This document shows, one piece after another, positions 61,531 to 64,000 of a stretch of 64,000 nucleotides of DNA (position 1 is its first letter; each line of letters starts with the position of its first letter). Origin of the DNA: Aulosira sp. ZfuVER01 (GTDB lineage: Bacteria > Cyanobacteriota > Cyanobacteriia > Cyanobacteriales > Nostocaceae); NCBI GenBank assembly GCA_034530615.2, contig JAVRCV020000083.1, forward strand, positions 32,001-96,000, in the 5' to 3' direction. Below the pieces are notes generated by a model. That model was not told the DNA's origin and ran no database searches. It saw only the letters and a program-made list of their open reading frames with translations. The position numbers and the translations under genes were made by a program.

Positions 61531-61837
61531 TTTTTTAATATTGAACTACAAAATAATATTAACGATTCTTGCTATAAAATAGAAATTTTTATGAGAGTAA
61601 ATATCAAATTTTTACATTACAATATAAATACTTTACAATTTCTTTATATATTTGCTATAATACAGCATACAATCTAAACATTTTTATCAAAAAACGCTGT
61701 AAAGCCTGATATACAAGTACTATTGACGACTTTAACACATATAAAAATATAGATTTTTAAATAGTTAAGATTAATTTGAAATAACTAAAATAGATGTTTT
61801 TGAAAAAATTGGCGACATTAAATATATGTATGAGTAA

Positions 61838-61951
61838 TTTCAAAAAAAATGTGAGATATAAACTGGTTTACAAAGACCCTTAAAAAAAGTGACTTTTCAA
61901 AAAAGTTGGTGAGATATAAACTGGTTTAGAAGGATACTTGAAAAAGTGACT
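61838..61951. repeat. Two-copy direct repeat of about 57 bp
   Basis: gtgagatataaactggttta at 61851 and 61909, each followed by aaaaagtgact. Confidence 0.8.
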
Positions 61952-62447
61952 ATTTAACTAAATTAGTCTAGTTTGACTTATATTAGTCAAGCATGGGTTA
62001 TGAAATTATTTCAAACTAGTCAAAAAGCATAGAAAGGTCACTTGTAAGAGTTTGATGGATAAAATAGTATATTTGTCAAGATTTTCGATAAAAATTTTTC
62101 CTTAGTTCAACCCACATCCCTTGGTAGGTGAGATAAGCAGAGGCATAATTTCATACTTTATCCTTCACCTGCCTCTTGAATTTTGACTACCCTAACGAAA
62201 GGATGTGCAATTCCAATGGGTAACAGCCGATCAAAATTTTTTATATCAAAACAATTTGCTGGGAACTGTATCCGGGTAAGCTTCCGTCATAGGCGGAAGT
62301 ATAAGTTAATCGTGAGGAGTGGTGAGTGATGAGTTATTAACTCGAAACTCCCCAAAATATCTGTGCCTGCTCCCGTATACTTCCCCTTCTCATTCTGGTA
62401 TAAGGTGGTTAACAATGGGTTGAATGTTTTTGAAATAATTCAACTTT

Positions 62448-62702
62448 ATGCCTAGAACTCCGAATGAATACGCAGTACACCTTCTACTAGAAAGTGGCCA
62501 TCGCGAAGAAGTACGTTTTCCTACTATTCAAGAGTTTCAGAAGTGGTATAGCGGCGAACTTGTGCCAAAGTCTGCTTCTAATGACTTTATTAGCGTGCCG
62601 ATCAAGAATATTCAAGGGGAGTATATGGTAGTACGCCCATCTCGCATTGTCGCAATCCGGGTAGAACCAATTTTTAGCTCTAGTGTTGAAAGATACGATT
62701 AA
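62448..62702 (+). CDS. Hypothetical protein (84 aa)
   Basis: ATG ORF ending 3 bp before mltA; probably co-transcribed. Confidence 0.75.
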   Translation: MPRTPNEYAVHLLLESGHREEVRFPTIQEFQKWYSGELVPKSASNDFISVPIKNIQGEYMVVRPSRIVAIRVEPIFSSSVERYD

Positions 62703-62705
62703 ATA

Positions 62706-63959
62706 ATGAGAAAAACCCTTGCCTTGCTTTCCTTAAGTCTAGGAATTGCCTTTGTAAATACACTCTGGTCAGCTGTTGCTCAGGTTCCTGATTTACCACC
62801 CCCAGTACAGACTAATCCTGGGATACCTATACTAGTACCGCCAAATGCTCCTGAGGTACAGCCACCTCTCAAAATTACTGACTTAGGAAACTGTACCCCT
62901 AGCTATGCTTGTTTGGGTTGGGATGAGCAAATTTGGGGTAGCAAGGGTAAACGCGGCGATCGCCAAGCGCTTTTAGCAGCAATTGATAACAGCCTACGTT
63001 ATCTGGAAAAGGATAAGGCGATCGCTGCTTATCAACAATATCCAATTAAGGAAATTACGCTGGATCGAGTACGTCGGAGTTTGGTACGCTTCCGCCAGTT
63101 GGTGGTCAAATCTAAATCCCCAGCCCAACTACAAGCTGCTGTCCGCAAAGAGTTTGTGTTTTACCAATCCGTAGGTAACGACGGCAACGGTACTGTTAAG
63201 TTTACCTCTTACTACGAGCCTGTTTATCTAGCTAGCCGTGTACGAACTTCAGAATATAAGTATCCCCTTTATCGGCTACCAGCAGATTTCGACCAATGGG
63301 CTAAACCCCACCCAAAACGCATTGATTTGGAAGGTCAAGATGGGTTGCTGGGGGATAAAAGCCAGTTGCACGGTTTAGAGATGTTGTGGTTTCGCGATCG
63401 CCTAGACGCATACATGATCCATATCCAAGGTTCTGCCCAAATTCAGTTAACTGATGGTAAAAAAACCTCTGTTGCTTATGCAGGTGGCACTGATTATCCT
63501 TGGACTAGTATCGGAAAAGAACTGGCGAAAGATGGCAAACTTCCACTAGAGGGATTAACACTACCAAAGTTGGTTAGTTACTTTAAGCAATCTCCGCAGG
63601 AGTTGAATAATTATTTACCTCGCTGGGAGCGCTTTGTCTTCTTCAAAGAAACAAGTGGTACACCAGCTACAGGTAGTATTAATGTGCCAGTTACACCAGA
63701 GCGTTCCATTGCCACCGATAAATCTCTCATGCCTCCAGGCGCTCTAGCGTTAGTTTATACTGCTATTCCCTATCCCAATACTGTTGGTAATCTAGAGTTT
63801 CGTAATGTTAGCCGCTTTGTACTAGATCAAGACACAGGTAGCGCCATCAAAGGCCCAGGTAGGGTAGATTATTTTATGGGAACCGGCAAATTAGCAGGCG
63901 ATCGCGCTGGTATTACCGGCGGTAATGGTTCACTATATTATTTACTGCTCAAAGAATAG
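62706..63959 (+). CDS. mltA: Murein transglycosylase A
   Basis: FTSYYEP, IQGSAQI, SIATD and DQDTGSAIKGPGRVDYFMG (3D domain) motifs. Confidence 0.93.
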   Translation: MRKTLALLSLSLGIAFVNTLWSAVAQVPDLPPPVQTNPGIPILVPPNAPEVQPPLKITDLGNCTPSYACLGWDEQIWGSKGKRGDRQALLAAIDNSLRYLEKDKAIAAYQQYPIKEITLDRVRRSLVRFRQLVVKSKSPAQLQAAVRKEFVFYQSVGNDGNGTVKFTSYYEPVYLASRVRTSEYKYPLYRLPADFDQWAKPHPKRIDLEGQDGLLGDKSQLHGLEMLWFRDRLDAYMIHIQGSAQIQLTDGKKTSVAYAGGTDYPWTSIGKELAKDGKLPLEGLTLPKLVSYFKQSPQELNNYLPRWERFVFFKETSGTPATGSINVPVTPERSIATDKSLMPPGALALVYTAIPYPNTVGNLEFRNVSRFVLDQDTGSAIKGPGRVDYFMGTGKLAGDRAGITGGNGSLYYLLLKE

Positions 63960-64000
63960 ATATTGAGCATGAGGCATGGGGCATTTCTTCCCCTGCTTCC

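Noticed and set aside
61838..61951. Mini-CRISPR
   Set aside because: There are only two units, and the sequences between the cores are themselves similar.
1..64000. High frequency of GCGATCGC
   Set aside because: This is HIP1, a known cyanobacterial feature; I used it only as a taxonomic clue.

Overview
Chromosomal window from a heterocyst-forming cyanobacterium (Nostocales-like). The evidence is dense HIP1 GCGATCGC octamers, heptamer tandem repeats and hepC/hepA. 1-16.2 kb is the distal part of the heterocyst envelope polysaccharide (HEP) island: SAF-domain oxidoreductase, GT4, Wzc-like protein, hepC, a GT8-like gene, hepA, several GT2/GT4 enzymes and a Wzy-like membrane protein. Then come an amidohydrolase, a 10 x 21-bp tandem array that is open as a Cys/Tyr heptad peptide, a phosphorylase-kinase-like GH15 protein, and an AT-rich four-gene signalling block (two divergent hybrid kinases, REC-GGDEF-EAL, REC-kinase). 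The rest holds fbaB, an acyl-CoA synthetase, RNase T2, ubiD, a membrane/HhH operon, cystine lyase, a RecB-like nuclease, a tandem pair of Ser/Thr kinases sharing a C-terminal domain I do not recognise, tRNA-Asp, gltX, ftsH2, lemA-M48 peptidase and mltA. Intergenic DNA carries several MITE families with readable target duplications, some nested. I saw no CRISPR array, prophage or intact transposase. The best novelty candidates are the kinase pair, the Cys-heptad array, two small ORFs missing from the ORF track, a 27-nt in-frame insert in a HIP1 site, and the nested mini-elements. All family calls come from motif recognition by eye; no searches were run.
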